DNA of 64,000 nucleotides. It comes from an uncultured Selenomonas sp. (GTDB lineage Bacteria; Bacillota; Negativicutes; Selenomonadales; Selenomonadaceae). Location of the stretch: assembly GCF_963518105.1 (NCBI RefSeq), contig NZ_CAUQID010000005.1. The stretch is one strand, 5' to 3'. The notes below the pieces were generated by a model, which saw only the letters and a program-made list of their open reading frames with translations, ran no database searches and had not been told where the DNA came from. The translations under genes and the position numbers were made by a program. Of the stretch, positions 49,834 to 58,808 are shown in pieces; position 1 is the first letter of the stretch; every line of letters begins with the position of its first letter.

Positions 49834-50391
49834 TCATCGATTGTAGACAACGACCTGATCCCGCTCGCGGATGCCGACCAGCCGATCGCGCAGCGGGATC
49901 TCACGCGCGGCAAGCAGCATTCGCTCGAGTGTCTCATGCTGGAGGCAGCTGAACTCTGTATCAAGGGAATCCGCACCATGAGCATCGACGAGAAGATCCT
50001 TGCCGAACCGCTCTGCGAGCAGCTGCACAATGAGATTCAGCTCCTTCTCCGTCAACTCGTCCATACGCCGGGCGAGATGAATCATCGTAAGCGTATCGTG
50101 CTGCTCATAGGAGAAATCCATTTCGGTCGCTGCACCGCCATCGAAGGCATGATACGTCTCGATGCTCTCGCCGAGCAGCGCGGCAAAGGCCTCCATAGCC
50201 TCCGGTGCAGGCTGCGCGCGGACGACGAAGTCCATCGTCAGCATCCCTGCGGAAGGATCGTAGGAGACCGTCTCGATCTGCGGGAAGCAGACGAGAACGG
50301 AAGCGAGAAGCTGGACGCCGGGACGTGCCTGCTCGCTCTTTGGGCGGGTACTGCGCCGGCCCCAAAAACGTGCACGCAGAAAGTCAAACAT
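49834..50391 (-). CDS. Hypothetical protein (185 aa)
   Basis: Good SD (AAAGGAG) and tight packing between the cyclase gene and ymdB. No recognisable motif. A weak internal duplication is possible (SYDPSAGMLTM versus SYEQHDTLTM). Confidence 0.6.
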   Translation of the reverse strand: MFDFLRARFWGRRSTRPKSEQARPGVQLLASVLVCFPQIETVSYDPSAGMLTMDFVVRAQPAPEAMEAFAALLGESIETYHAFDGGAATEMDFSYEQHDTLTMIHLARRMDELTEKELNLIVQLLAERFGKDLLVDAHGADSLDTEFSCLQHETLERMLLAAREIPLRDRLVGIRERDQVVVYNR

Positions 50392-50417
50392 AGCCGTACT
50401 CCTTTATCTCCGCAGCG

Positions 50418-52193
50418 TCAATCAACGCTCTCCACACGCCCGAGGCCAAGCGCATAAACAGCATTTCTGCCCGCTTTCTTCGCCTGATAGAGGGCCTCGT
50501 CCGCATTCTTGAAAAGCTGCAGTTCATTATCGCGGTCGACATCGAACGATGCCGCACCGACACTGATGGTGATACTCCTGTCAAACGGCATCTGTGCGGC
50601 TGCCACCCTGCGGCGGATGCGCTCCCCCACCCTGCCGGCGACGGTCAACGGCGCCCCCTGCAGGATGATGAAGAACTCATCGCCGCCCCACCGGCAGCCC
50701 GCATCCGAGCCGCGGATGGTCTGGGAAATCGCCTCCGCGACCGTCAGAATGACCTTGTCCCCCATATCGTGTCCATAGGTATCGTTGACCTGTTTGAAAT
50801 GATCGATGTCGATGAGGATCACAGAGAGCGGTGTTTTTTCCGTCTGCGAGGCAGCCACCGCAGTCCTCAGCAGGCGTTCCATCTCACGGCGGTTCAGCAG
50901 ATTCGTCAGCGTATCGCGGCTCGCGAGCTGGGTGAGCCGCTGGTTCGCCGTATGCAGCTCCTCCTCCGAGACACGGATGAAATGAGACAGGAACGCCAAC
51001 ATCTTGCGATTGTAGGACAGATGTGCCACGCGCTTCGTCTTGAGCTGAACCTCCTTGACATAGCCGGGGTCTTCCTTCATGCCGACGAGCAGGACATTCA
51101 AATTTGCCGTGGAAATGCGCGTCCCTACACGACGCACCTCACCGAATGCGTACACCGTCGAGGCTGGAAATCCCGCACACGGCGTCATCTCTGTCACAAC
51201 ATCCTCGCCGAGCAGCAGATAGTGCCCCACGCATGCCGTCCCAAAGATGGCCTGCGGGGAGAATGCTGCCATCTCACGCGTATTCTCCGCTGCCTGCGAG
51301 AGAATCCCATAGGGGTCCCCGTAGGCAAGGCGGAATGTCGTCCCCTCCTGAATGGGAATGGCGAAGGTCAGCTCCCCGCTTCCCTCCTCGATCTTGATGG
51401 GCACGCGCGCTGAGATCGAGCCGTCCGGCTCCTCAAAGCAAAGCGGAAAGAGCGCGGCCTCCGTGCTGAAATCACCATCTCCCTTGATGCCGAAATAGCG
51501 CTCGTAGATTTTGATCGGCGTATCGCCGTTCAGCTCCTTGACCGTGCACCCCTCGACACGAGTCGCAACGATCTCGCTGCCGAGGGGATTCCAACCGAAA
51601 TTGCGTACGGCATGCACGTCGAGCGTCTCCCCGTGGAACACAGCAGCGAGCATACCGATCTGCGTCACCGTATCATCGGCAACCAGATAGCCGCGCGCAT
51701 TCATCGGAGGGGCATCGACGAATGCGCCGAACACCTCGATGTGCGGATCGATGACAGAGATCCCCTCAAACAGCGCATCAATCTTGCTCATCACCCCGAC
51801 GACGAAAAGCTCTACCGCCCTGGTAGCAGGACGCGCACCGATGAAGCTGACAATGCGCTCCCGTGCCGCTGCATCTGCAGTATTCCCCTCCACGAGAACG
51901 AATTCAACAAGCGCGGATTCGAACGCTGTGAACGTCAACATGACGCCCTCCGTGTCAAGATTCAGATCCGCCATTTTGAGTGCGCAGGTATGCACGAGGA
52001 TGCGTGCCTGCGGGAACGTCTCCCGCAGGGCATCACGCATCCGCAGTGCCTTCGCCAGCGGCATTTCGCACGGTGCGACAGCGGTGATGAGCAGGGACTC
52101 CACATGCGGAAGACGCGCCAGCTTCTCGCGCGCCTGCTCTGCCTTGTGCTGGGCATCCGCGGTGCCGGAAACGATATACGTTAGTTGCTGCAT
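50418..52193 (-). CDS. Diguanylate cyclase with an N-terminal FIST-type sensor region
   Basis: 591 aa. FIST-like N/C domains (ending TVYAFGEV) and GGDEF domain motifs LTNLLNRR, DIDHFKQVND, RWGGDEFFIIL. Confidence 0.88.
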   Translation of the reverse strand: MQQLTYIVSGTADAQHKAEQAREKLARLPHVESLLITAVAPCEMPLAKALRMRDALRETFPQARILVHTCALKMADLNLDTEGVMLTFTAFESALVEFVLVEGNTADAAARERIVSFIGARPATRAVELFVVGVMSKIDALFEGISVIDPHIEVFGAFVDAPPMNARGYLVADDTVTQIGMLAAVFHGETLDVHAVRNFGWNPLGSEIVATRVEGCTVKELNGDTPIKIYERYFGIKGDGDFSTEAALFPLCFEEPDGSISARVPIKIEEGSGELTFAIPIQEGTTFRLAYGDPYGILSQAAENTREMAAFSPQAIFGTACVGHYLLLGEDVVTEMTPCAGFPASTVYAFGEVRRVGTRISTANLNVLLVGMKEDPGYVKEVQLKTKRVAHLSYNRKMLAFLSHFIRVSEEELHTANQRLTQLASRDTLTNLLNRREMERLLRTAVAASQTEKTPLSVILIDIDHFKQVNDTYGHDMGDKVILTVAEAISQTIRGSDAGCRWGGDEFFIILQGAPLTVAGRVGERIRRRVAAAQMPFDRSITISVGAASFDVDRDNELQLFKNADEALYQAKKAGRNAVYALGLGRVESVD

Positions 52194-52253
52194 TTGCCCT
52201 CCACTGAATAGGGGGCATACGCCCCCCTATTTTTTATATGATAGACGCACGGT

Positions 52254-53798
52254 CTACTTTGCATAGTCCACAACACGCGTCTCTCGAATGACGGTTGCCT
52301 TGATCTGCCCTGGGTACTCGAGGTCGCCCTCGATTTTCTTTACGATATCGTGTACGAGGACAGCAGCCCCCGCGTCGTCCACTTTGTCCGGCTTGACCAT
52401 CACGCGGATCTCACGACCCGCCTGAATGGCGAAGCAGCGCTCCACCCCTTCAAACGACTCGGCAATCTCCTCAAGCGCCTTGAGCCGCTTGATATAGGAC
52501 TCGAGACTTTCGCGGCGTGCACCGGGGCGTGCGGCAGAGACCGCATCCGCCGCAGCGACGAGTACCGCCTCGATCGTCGTTGCCTCCTCATCCCCGTGGT
52601 GAGAGGCGATGATGTTGATGACCTCCTTGGACTCACGATATTTGCGTGCCAGCTCTGCACCGACAGTCACATGCGGTCCCTCGACCTCGTGGCTGACCGC
52701 CTTGCCGATATCGTGCAGAAGCCCGCCGCGCTTTGCGAGCATAACGTCGCACTCCAGCTCCGCTGCCATGAGCCCCGCGAGATGTGCGACCTCGATCGAG
52801 TGGGCAAGCACATTCTGCCCGTAGCTCGTGCGGTAGCGCATCCGTCCGAGCAGGCGGACGAGCTCGGGATGGATGCCGTGCACACCTGTCTCGAACGTTG
52901 CCTGCTCCCCCGCCTCCTTGATCCGCTGTTCAACCTCCCGGCGTGCCTTTTCGATCATCTCCTCGATGCGGGCAGGATGGATACGCCCGTCCTGAATGAG
53001 CTTCTCGAGAGCGATGCGCGCGATCTCGCGGCGCACAGGATCAAAGCCTGAGAGGATGACCGCCTCCGGCGTATCATCGATGATGAGATCAATGCCCGTG
53101 AGCGTCTCGAGTGTGCGGATATTACGCCCCTCCCGCCCGATGATGCGCCCCTTCATCTCATCATTCGGCAGAGCGACAACAGAGACGGTTGTCTCCGCCA
53201 CATGGTCTGCAGCACAGCGCTGAATGGCAACACTCAGAATCTCGCGTGCCGCCTTGTCTGCCTCGTCCTTCGTCTGCTGGATATACTCCTTGATCTTACG
53301 CGCCTTTTCAATCTTCAATTCATCCTCGGCCTCCGCCATGAGGATGGTGCGCGCCTCCTCTGCGGACATCCCCGAGATGCGCTCCAGTTCCTGCTTCTGG
53401 CTCTCATAGAGCGCGGTGATCTCGGACTGTGTCTTGTCAATGCGCGCCTCCTTGCGCGCGAGTCCCTCCTCCTTCTTCTCGATGGACTCGAGTTTCCGGT
53501 CGAGGTTCTCCTCCTTCTGGATGGTGCGGCGCTCGAGGCGCTGCAGCTCGCTGCGGCGCTCCTTCGTGTCGCGCTCGAAGTCCTGCCGCTGACGCTGGAT
53601 TTCCTCCTTTGCCTCCAGCATCGCTTCCTTCTGTTTTGTCTCCGCCCTCTTTCCGGCCTCTTCGACAATGCGTTTTGCTTCGTTCTCGGCTGATCCTATC
53701 TGAGCCTCTGCCGTGCTCTTGCGTGCGAAATAACCCGCAGCAGCACCGACGGCAACGGCAATAATAAGCATGAGAATTTCAGTAATGATAACGGCCAC
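52254..53798 (-). CDS. rny: Ribonuclease Y
   Basis: N-terminal TM helix, coiled coil, KH domain ([17 protein letters not shown]) and HD domain (LLHDIGKA). The start is GTG 53798 or nearby. Confidence 0.96.
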   Translation of the reverse strand: MAVIITEILMLIIAVAVGAAAGYFARKSTAEAQIGSAENEAKRIVEEAGKRAETKQKEAMLEAKEEIQRQRQDFERDTKERRSELQRLERRTIQKEENLDRKLESIEKKEEGLARKEARIDKTQSEITALYESQKQELERISGMSAEEARTILMAEAEDELKIEKARKIKEYIQQTKDEADKAAREILSVAIQRCAADHVAETTVSVVALPNDEMKGRIIGREGRNIRTLETLTGIDLIIDDTPEAVILSGFDPVRREIARIALEKLIQDGRIHPARIEEMIEKARREVEQRIKEAGEQATFETGVHGIHPELVRLLGRMRYRTSYGQNVLAHSIEVAHLAGLMAAELECDVMLAKRGGLLHDIGKAVSHEVEGPHVTVGAELARKYRESKEVINIIASHHGDEEATTIEAVLVAAADAVSAARPGARRESLESYIKRLKALEEIAESFEGVERCFAIQAGREIRVMVKPDKVDDAGAAVLVHDIVKKIEGDLEYPGQIKATVIRETRVVDYAK

Positions 53799-53843
53799 CT
53801 CCTTATTCCTTTGGTGAAAAGTACTTATAGAATACTCCTATCT

Positions 53844-53872
53844 ATTCTAATGTTTTTTATGGGTAGTGTCAA
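53844..53872 (-). promoter_or_regulatory. Sigma-70 promoter of rny
   Basis: Minus strand: TTGACA, 17-nt spacer, TAGAAT. Confidence 0.6.
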
Positions 53873-54009
53873 GAATTCTGTGCGTACTCGTACGGGTATG
53901 CGCGCCGTTTTCACGCTTTTTTCATGTATCCATAACCTCTTTGTTATAGACGTATCCGCCTCAGTTAATGTATAATATGTTCATGGGTTCATAGGATGAG
54001 GAGGATGTA

Positions 54010-55077
54010 ATGAATAAGAAGAAATGGATGCGCACAGGCGTCGCTCTCACGCTCGCCGTCAGCATGACGGCAGGCATTGCTCCGCATACTGCCGAGGCGG
54101 GTACGGGCAGCATCATCGGGGCAATCATCGGCGGCGCGGTCGCGGCAAATGAAATGAACAAGGAGATCAAGTACTACAATACGACGGAGCAGGGACGACA
54201 GGAGCTGTTCCATCAGCTGCAGGAAAAATACGGTGTCTTCTACCGCTATGACCTCAACAGTCAGCTTGACCGTATCTTTACAAATCTCACGGCAGCAATC
54301 GGCTCGATGGACGGAACGGTCTACGAGCGCCCCTACCAGTATTTCATCAACAACGAGGATAGCTTCAACGCATTCTGCACGCTCGGGCACAACATGAGCG
54401 TCAACGTCGGTCTATACAGCTACCTCTCGAATGAGGATGAGATCGCCGTCGTGCTCGCGCACGAGATGGGACACGGACAGAAGGATCATCCGGCGAAGGG
54501 GATGAAGAAGTCGCTCGGCCCCGCGGTTCTCGCCAGTGCGACAGGCAGCGTGCTCGGCGCGATTGCAGCGAACATCTGGAGCGGGCAGGGTCTGACAAAA
54601 CCGATGGAGTGGGAGGCGGATAATCTCGCCTTTGAGTACATCTCCCGCTCACCTTATAACCCGGGCGCAACCGCCGCCGTCTGGCAGCGTGTCATCGACC
54701 TCAGCGGAGATAACCATGCCGATGCCTACGCCATCATGTCAGGCGCAGCCGATCACCCGTCGAACTCTGCCCGCCGCGACAACTATGCAAAGAAGCTCAC
54801 GGAGATGAGCGGCGGCAAGGTCACTGCGGAGAAAGGCACGGTCTATGTGAACAAGCAGGCGCTCGTCACGCCCGCCGCCGCATACGGTATGAGCTCCGCG
54901 GAACGCTCTTACTTCGTCATGGGCAACCTTGCCGCAGCCTATCGAAACGGCCACGCCGCGGCGGGTGCATACGCCGATGGACAGACGGTCATGCTCGGTG
55001 CACAGCCGATTATCAGCTGTACGGACGGCGACCGCAGTGCAGAGGAGATCGCACAGCTGCTCAACCAGCTGAAATAA
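54010..55077 (+). CDS. Secreted M48-family zinc metallopeptidase
   Basis: Signal peptide (MNKKKWMRTGVALTLAVSMTAG...AEA) and an HEMGH zinc motif (VVLAHEMGHGQKDH). Confidence 0.85.
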   Translation: MNKKKWMRTGVALTLAVSMTAGIAPHTAEAGTGSIIGAIIGGAVAANEMNKEIKYYNTTEQGRQELFHQLQEKYGVFYRYDLNSQLDRIFTNLTAAIGSMDGTVYERPYQYFINNEDSFNAFCTLGHNMSVNVGLYSYLSNEDEIAVVLAHEMGHGQKDHPAKGMKKSLGPAVLASATGSVLGAIAANIWSGQGLTKPMEWEADNLAFEYISRSPYNPGATAAVWQRVIDLSGDNHADAYAIMSGAADHPSNSARRDNYAKKLTEMSGGKVTAEKGTVYVNKQALVTPAAAYGMSSAERSYFVMGNLAAAYRNGHAAAGAYADGQTVMLGAQPIISCTDGDRSAEEIAQLLNQLK

Positions 55078-55085
55078 TAACACAG

Positions 55086-55123
55086 AAAAACGAGGTTTCC
55101 CATAAAGGGGAAACCTCGTTTTT
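55086..55123. terminator. Bidirectional terminator
   Basis: aaaaacgaggtttcccc...ggggaaacctcgttttt between convergent genes. Confidence 0.85.
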
Positions 55124-55132
55124 ATATGCATT

Positions 55133-55576
55133 CTACCGCTGTGGAAATCTCCGCAGCGCGCGCGGCCGGCCGAGTATCTCCGAGAGCACTACTGCCTGCT
55201 GCATCGCATCCGGTGTCAGAAGCGGGAGCAGTCCCGCTGCCGTGCTGCGGGATGTCACGGCAGCAGCCTCCCGCTCGGCAGCAGTGCGCTGCACCTCCTC
55301 CTGACGGAGGCGTAGCGCACGCGCTTCCTGTCTGCAGCGCTCCTCCTGCGCAGCGCGCAGGATTTCCTGGCCCTGCGGCGCAGCAGCAGCCGGCTGCGCA
55401 GTAGGCGGGATGCCACGCATCGGCGGGATCTCGAATGTCCCACGCGCCGCTGTTTTCTTCTTTTGCCGCGGGATATCCTGCGGCACGGTCGGTGGCGGGA
55501 CTTTCTTCCTGCCGCCCAGACGATCATCCAATAGCGCTACGGCAACCGCAACAGCAATGATGACAAGGTATTCCAT
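55133..55576 (-). CDS. Membrane-anchored Pro/Ala/Arg-rich protein downstream of floA (YqfB-position protein)
   Basis: 147 aa, one N-terminal TM helix, low-complexity remainder. Last gene of the nfeD-floA cluster. Confidence 0.6.
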   Translation of the reverse strand: MEYLVIIAVAVAVALLDDRLGGRKKVPPPTVPQDIPRQKKKTAARGTFEIPPMRGIPPTAQPAAAAPQGQEILRAAQEERCRQEARALRLRQEEVQRTAAEREAAAVTSRSTAAGLLPLLTPDAMQQAVVLSEILGRPRALRRFPQR

Positions 55577-55586
55577 ACAGTCCGCC

Positions 55587-56585
55587 TCACTTCACTGGCG
55601 GTGCAGGGCGCTTGTCGCTGCTCTTCCCCGATGCACTGATGGCCTGCCTCATCTCCGTGTCCGACTGGATATTGCTGAGCTGGTAGTAGTCCATCACGCC
55701 GAGTTTACCCTCGCGCAGTGCCTGCGCCATCGCATGCGGTACTTCTGCCTGCGCCTCAACGACCTTGGCCTCCATCTCCTGCGTGTACGCCTTCATCTCC
55801 TGCTCACGGGCAACCGCCATCGCGCGGCGCTCCTCCGCCTTTGCCTGTGCGATGCGCTTGTCTGCCTCCGCCTGGTCGGTCTGCAGTTCTGCACCGATGT
55901 TGCGCCCGACATCCACGTCTGCAATGTCGATGGAGAGAATCTCAAACGCCGTGCCCGCATCGAGCCCCTTGCCGAGGACAGTCTTAGAGATGTCATCGGG
56001 ATTCGCAAGCACGTCGGTGTGGCTCTGCGACGAGCCGACTGTCGTGACAATGCCCTCTCCGACACGCGCAATAATCGTCGGCTCGCCTGCACCGCCGACG
56101 AGGCGGTCGATGTTGGCACGTACAGTGACGCGCGCCTTGATCTTCAGTTCGATACCGTTCGCCGCCACAGCAGAGACAATCGGTGTCTCGATAACCTTCG
56201 GATTGACGCTCATCTGAACGGCATCCAACACATCACGCCCGGCAAGGTCAATTGCCGCAGCGCGCTCAAATGGCAGTGCAATCTGCGCACGATGTGATGC
56301 GATGAGCGCATCGACCACCTTATCCACGTTGCCGCCCGCAAGGTAGTGTGCCTCAAGCTGGTTCACACTCACATCGAGCCCTGCCTTATTGGCCTTGATG
56401 AGCGGCAAAACGATGCGACTGGGCGGTACGCGGCGCAGCCGCATCCCGATGAGCGACATGATGCCGACCGATACGTTCGCCGAGATGGCGGATACCCACA
56501 GGCCAAGCGGAACAAAATGCAGAAAAATCGAGATGGCCAAAACGACAATAACGATGAGGAATGCTCCTCCAAACAGGGTTCCCAT
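55587..56585 (-). CDS. floA: Flotillin-like protein FloA (UPF0365/YqfA)
   Basis: ORF-track entry trimmed to ATG 56585 (AAGGAGG SD; [18 protein letters not shown]...). Motifs: [24 protein letters not shown]. Confidence 0.92.
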   Translation of the reverse strand: MGTLFGGAFLIVIVVLAISIFLHFVPLGLWVSAISANVSVGIMSLIGMRLRRVPPSRIVLPLIKANKAGLDVSVNQLEAHYLAGGNVDKVVDALIASHRAQIALPFERAAAIDLAGRDVLDAVQMSVNPKVIETPIVSAVAANGIELKIKARVTVRANIDRLVGGAGEPTIIARVGEGIVTTVGSSQSHTDVLANPDDISKTVLGKGLDAGTAFEILSIDIADVDVGRNIGAELQTDQAEADKRIAQAKAEERRAMAVAREQEMKAYTQEMEAKVVEAQAEVPHAMAQALREGKLGVMDYYQLSNIQSDTEMRQAISASGKSSDKRPAPPVK

Positions 56586-56595
56586 AAGTACCTCC

Positions 56596-57252
56596 TTACT
56601 CTGCCGCTGCGGTGCTGCCCGCTGCCTCGCGCACGAGAACCCGGCTGCCGCTGACGGACAGAACAACAATATGCATTCCCTTTGCAATGAATGCGCCTTC
56701 GGAGATGACATCGACCGGTTTCCCGCCGATGCGTGCTGTCCCGGATGGATGCAGCTCCGTGAGCACCTCCCCTGTTTTCCCTACGAGTTCCGTCTGCTCC
56801 GCAGCGCTGACATAGCCCTGCTCGCTGCGGGCGCTGCTGTGCAGCACCATCTTGTTCCACAACCTGCTCGAGGGGAGACGCGAGACAATCAGCAGGAAGA
56901 TGAGCACCGCGAGGAGCAGGGCAATCCCCAGCGCCGCCAGTGCACCGATGTCCCCGCCGAGTGCGAGCACGATGCTGTACAGCATCGCCGCTACGCCGAG
57001 TCCCGCGAGCAGCCCCACCGTCGGCAGCAGGATCTCCACGATGATCATGAGGACACCGGCGAGAAATACGGCGATATGGTACAGTTCCACCAGTCCCCGC
57101 GTATACTGACTGCCCCAGAACACGCCGGCGGCAACGATACCGAGCAGGACGCCCACGCCCATGCCGCCTGTTTTGACCTCCACCATCACGGAAAGGAACA
57201 TCACGGCAAGCAGCAATATCTGCAGTGCCGTACTGTCTACAATGAGGTTCAT
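56596..57252 (-). CDS. nfeD: NfeD-family membrane protein
   Basis: 218 aa, multiple TM helices and a C-terminal OB-fold ([29 protein letters not shown]). Upstream partner of floA. Confidence 0.88.
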   Translation of the reverse strand: MNLIVDSTALQILLLAVMFLSVMVEVKTGGMGVGVLLGIVAAGVFWGSQYTRGLVELYHIAVFLAGVLMIIVEILLPTVGLLAGLGVAAMLYSIVLALGGDIGALAALGIALLLAVLIFLLIVSRLPSSRLWNKMVLHSSARSEQGYVSAAEQTELVGKTGEVLTELHPSGTARIGGKPVDVISEGAFIAKGMHIVVLSVSGSRVLVREAAGSTAAAE

Positions 57253-57305
57253 AGAATCCCTCCTCTGTATGCAGCGGATACATACACGGGCGCATCCGCC
57301 ATATT

Positions 57306-57349
57306 GTGAAAAGTGGAGCTTTCAGTTTCATCTACTGAAAGCTCCACTT
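57306..57349 (-). terminator. Host terminator that originally followed tRNA-Pro
   Basis: 15-bp perfect stem aagtggagctttcag/ctgaaagctccactt, followed on the minus strand by TTTTCACAAT. Confidence 0.75.
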
Positions 57350-57353
57350 ATGT

Positions 57354-57407
57354 CCAAATAAATGGTCGGAACGACAAGATTTGAACTTGCGGCCTCTTCC
57401 ACCCCAA
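57354..57407. repeat. att direct repeat, distal copy (orphan 3' 45 nt of tRNA-Pro plus 9 nt of flank)
   Basis: 54/54 identical to 63109-63162. Confidence 0.95.
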
Positions 57408-57523
57408 ACATTCTAAAGGACTATGGATACGCTTCCAAACAATAGAAACACTACGCATTAACAACTTTTTCTAAGGGCATCAAGCACCACTTTGATGCTC
57501 TTATAAAGAGTTGCTAATTCTGC

Positions 57524-57552
57524 TTGCGCTTTTCCTCCATCACCTGTATAAT
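57524..57552 (+). promoter_or_regulatory. Promoter of the micro-ORF toxin candidate
   Basis: TTGCGC, 17-nt spacer, TATAAT. Confidence 0.6.
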
Positions 57553-57625
57553 GCACAGCGAACCCCTTAGGCATAGGCGGCTACTTCTTCACCTCTCCGA
57601 CTCTATAAGCGGGAGGTGGTGCAAT

Positions 57626-57697
57626 ATGAGTTATTACGAGTTTATCCTAATTCTGGTACTCGTCACTAGCTTGATCGTTGCTGTAAAAAAGAAATAA
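57626..57697 (+). CDS. 23-aa hydrophobic peptide, candidate type I toxin (Fst / holin-like-toxin style)
   Basis: SD GGGAGGTGG 9 nt upstream. Sequence MSYYEFILILVLVTSLIVAVKKK is one TM helix plus a Lys tail. The SD is sequestered in a hairpin. Below the ORF-track size cut-off. Confidence 0.5.
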   Translation: MSYYEFILILVLVTSLIVAVKKK

Positions 57698-57778
57698 CCG
57701 CCCTACTTTGACACGGTAAGCGGTTATTCCCGTCTTTCTGTGAAGAAGTAGCCGCCTTATAGGGGTTCTTCTCTTTGT
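57684..57778 (-). ncRNA. Candidate antisense antitoxin RNA (about 95 nt)
   Basis: Runs from the promoter at 57785-57813 to the hairpin terminator. It contains no ORF and is fully complementary to the last toxin codons and the 3' UTR. Confidence 0.4.
57693..57728. terminator. Shared hairpin terminator of the convergent toxin and antisense units
   Basis: AATAACCGC/GCGGTTATT is a 9-bp perfect stem that can be extended with a bulge. It is followed by TCTTTTTT on the minus strand and by CCCGTCTTTCTG on the plus strand. Confidence 0.6.
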
Positions 57779-57784
57779 GTCTTT

Positions 57785-57813
57785 ATCATAGCAAACGCAG
57801 CCAACTTTTGCAA
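57785..57813 (-). promoter_or_regulatory. Promoter of the antisense RNA
   Basis: Minus strand: TTGCAA, 17-nt spacer, TATGAT. Confidence 0.55.
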
Positions 57814-58155
57814 GGCTTTCTAAACGCTGAATTTTGCAAAATATTTGTGAGCGGGTATATATATTATTCTGTGTGTCTCATTCCCCCGCGCCGGCACCCG
57901 CGCCCCGCCGCCTGTGAGCGGGTGCAGGGAGACACTCCCCCCATTCATTTCACAGAGAGCAGACACATACCAAGGCAGCGCTGCCGCGCGTGAGCAGGTG
58001 TGGATGTGTGTGTATAATTCGCATAGGTTCTTGATTGTCTTATTTCCTCAATGTGTAAATTTAGACCACCCTCTATTTTTACACTCTAAGACAACCTCCG
58101 AGCCGTGTTAAATAAAGTCCTTTTTTAATTTTATTTACAAATGTCCTCAACTTCA

Positions 58156-58184
58156 TTGACTTTATATTTACACTTTGTTACACT
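58156..58184 (+). promoter_or_regulatory. Promoter of the serine recombinase gene, overlapped by TTACAC repeats
   Basis: TTGACT, 17-nt spacer, TACACT. TTTACAC/GTTACAC words at 58167 and 58177 lie in the spacer and the -10. Confidence 0.5.
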
Positions 58185-58228
58185 CATGACATCAACAACA
58201 GTGTCAGCAGTCAAAGGAGTGTTGCAGC

Positions 58229-58804
58229 ATGAAAGTTGGATACGTGAGAGTGTCAACCGTAGAGCAGAACGAGGAGAGGCAGACCCGTGATCTGCAAGAA
58301 GCAGGAGCAGAGCGCCTCTTCATTGACAAACTGAGCGGAAAAGACACAAAACGCCCCGCCTTGCAGGAAATGCTAGATTTCGTGCGTACAGGTGACACCG
58401 TGATAGTTTCTGAATACTCACGTCTGGCACGCAGCACACGTGACCTATTAGATATCATCCAGACCCTGCGGGACAAAGGCGTAGCAGTCACGAGCCGTAA
58501 AGAATCCCTTGACACATCCACGCCGCAAGGAAAGATGATGCTAACAGTTATCGCAGGTATGGCAGAATTTGAGCGGGCGCTTATGCTGCAGAGACAAAAG
58601 GAGGGGATAGCAATAGCAAAAGAACAGGGCAAATACAAGGGCAGACAAAAAGCCGAGAAGCCCGAACAGTGGCAGGTATGGCGGGAACAATACCAGACCA
58701 GACAGATCACAGCGACAAGGCTAGCTGAATTGTGTGGTGTCTCTCGTCCCGTGGTTTACCGTTGGATGAAAGAACAGGCGCAAGCCCCTATCTGTGGGAG
58801 GTGA
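58229..58804 (+). CDS. Small serine recombinase (resolvase/invertase family) with a C-terminal HTH
   Basis: MKVGYVRVSTVEQNEERQ (catalytic Ser motif), SRLARSTRDLL, and the C-terminal motif ATRLAELCGVSRPVVYRW. Confidence 0.92.
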   Translation: MKVGYVRVSTVEQNEERQTRDLQEAGAERLFIDKLSGKDTKRPALQEMLDFVRTGDTVIVSEYSRLARSTRDLLDIIQTLRDKGVAVTSRKESLDTSTPQGKMMLTVIAGMAEFERALMLQRQKEGIAIAKEQGKYKGRQKAEKPEQWQVWREQYQTRQITATRLAELCGVSRPVVYRWMKEQAQAPICGR

Positions 58805-58808
58805 TAAT

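Noticed and set aside
57775-57993. Small track ORFs inside the element (57775-57993, 57914-58111, 60440-60643, 61655-61864, 61269-61523).
   Set aside because: They have no SDs, use odd start codons and have a Cys/Arg/Pro-rich or repeat-derived composition. They also overlap promoters, terminators or better-supported genes.
57834-58228. Considered a retron/DGR-like ncRNA, or a fim-type invertible promoter served by the adjacent serine recombinase.
   Set aside because: There is no reverse transcriptase gene in the element. I could not find a pair of inverted repeats longer than 7 bp flanking a promoter-bearing segment. Only short nested repeats are present, and these are reported separately as a possible res site.
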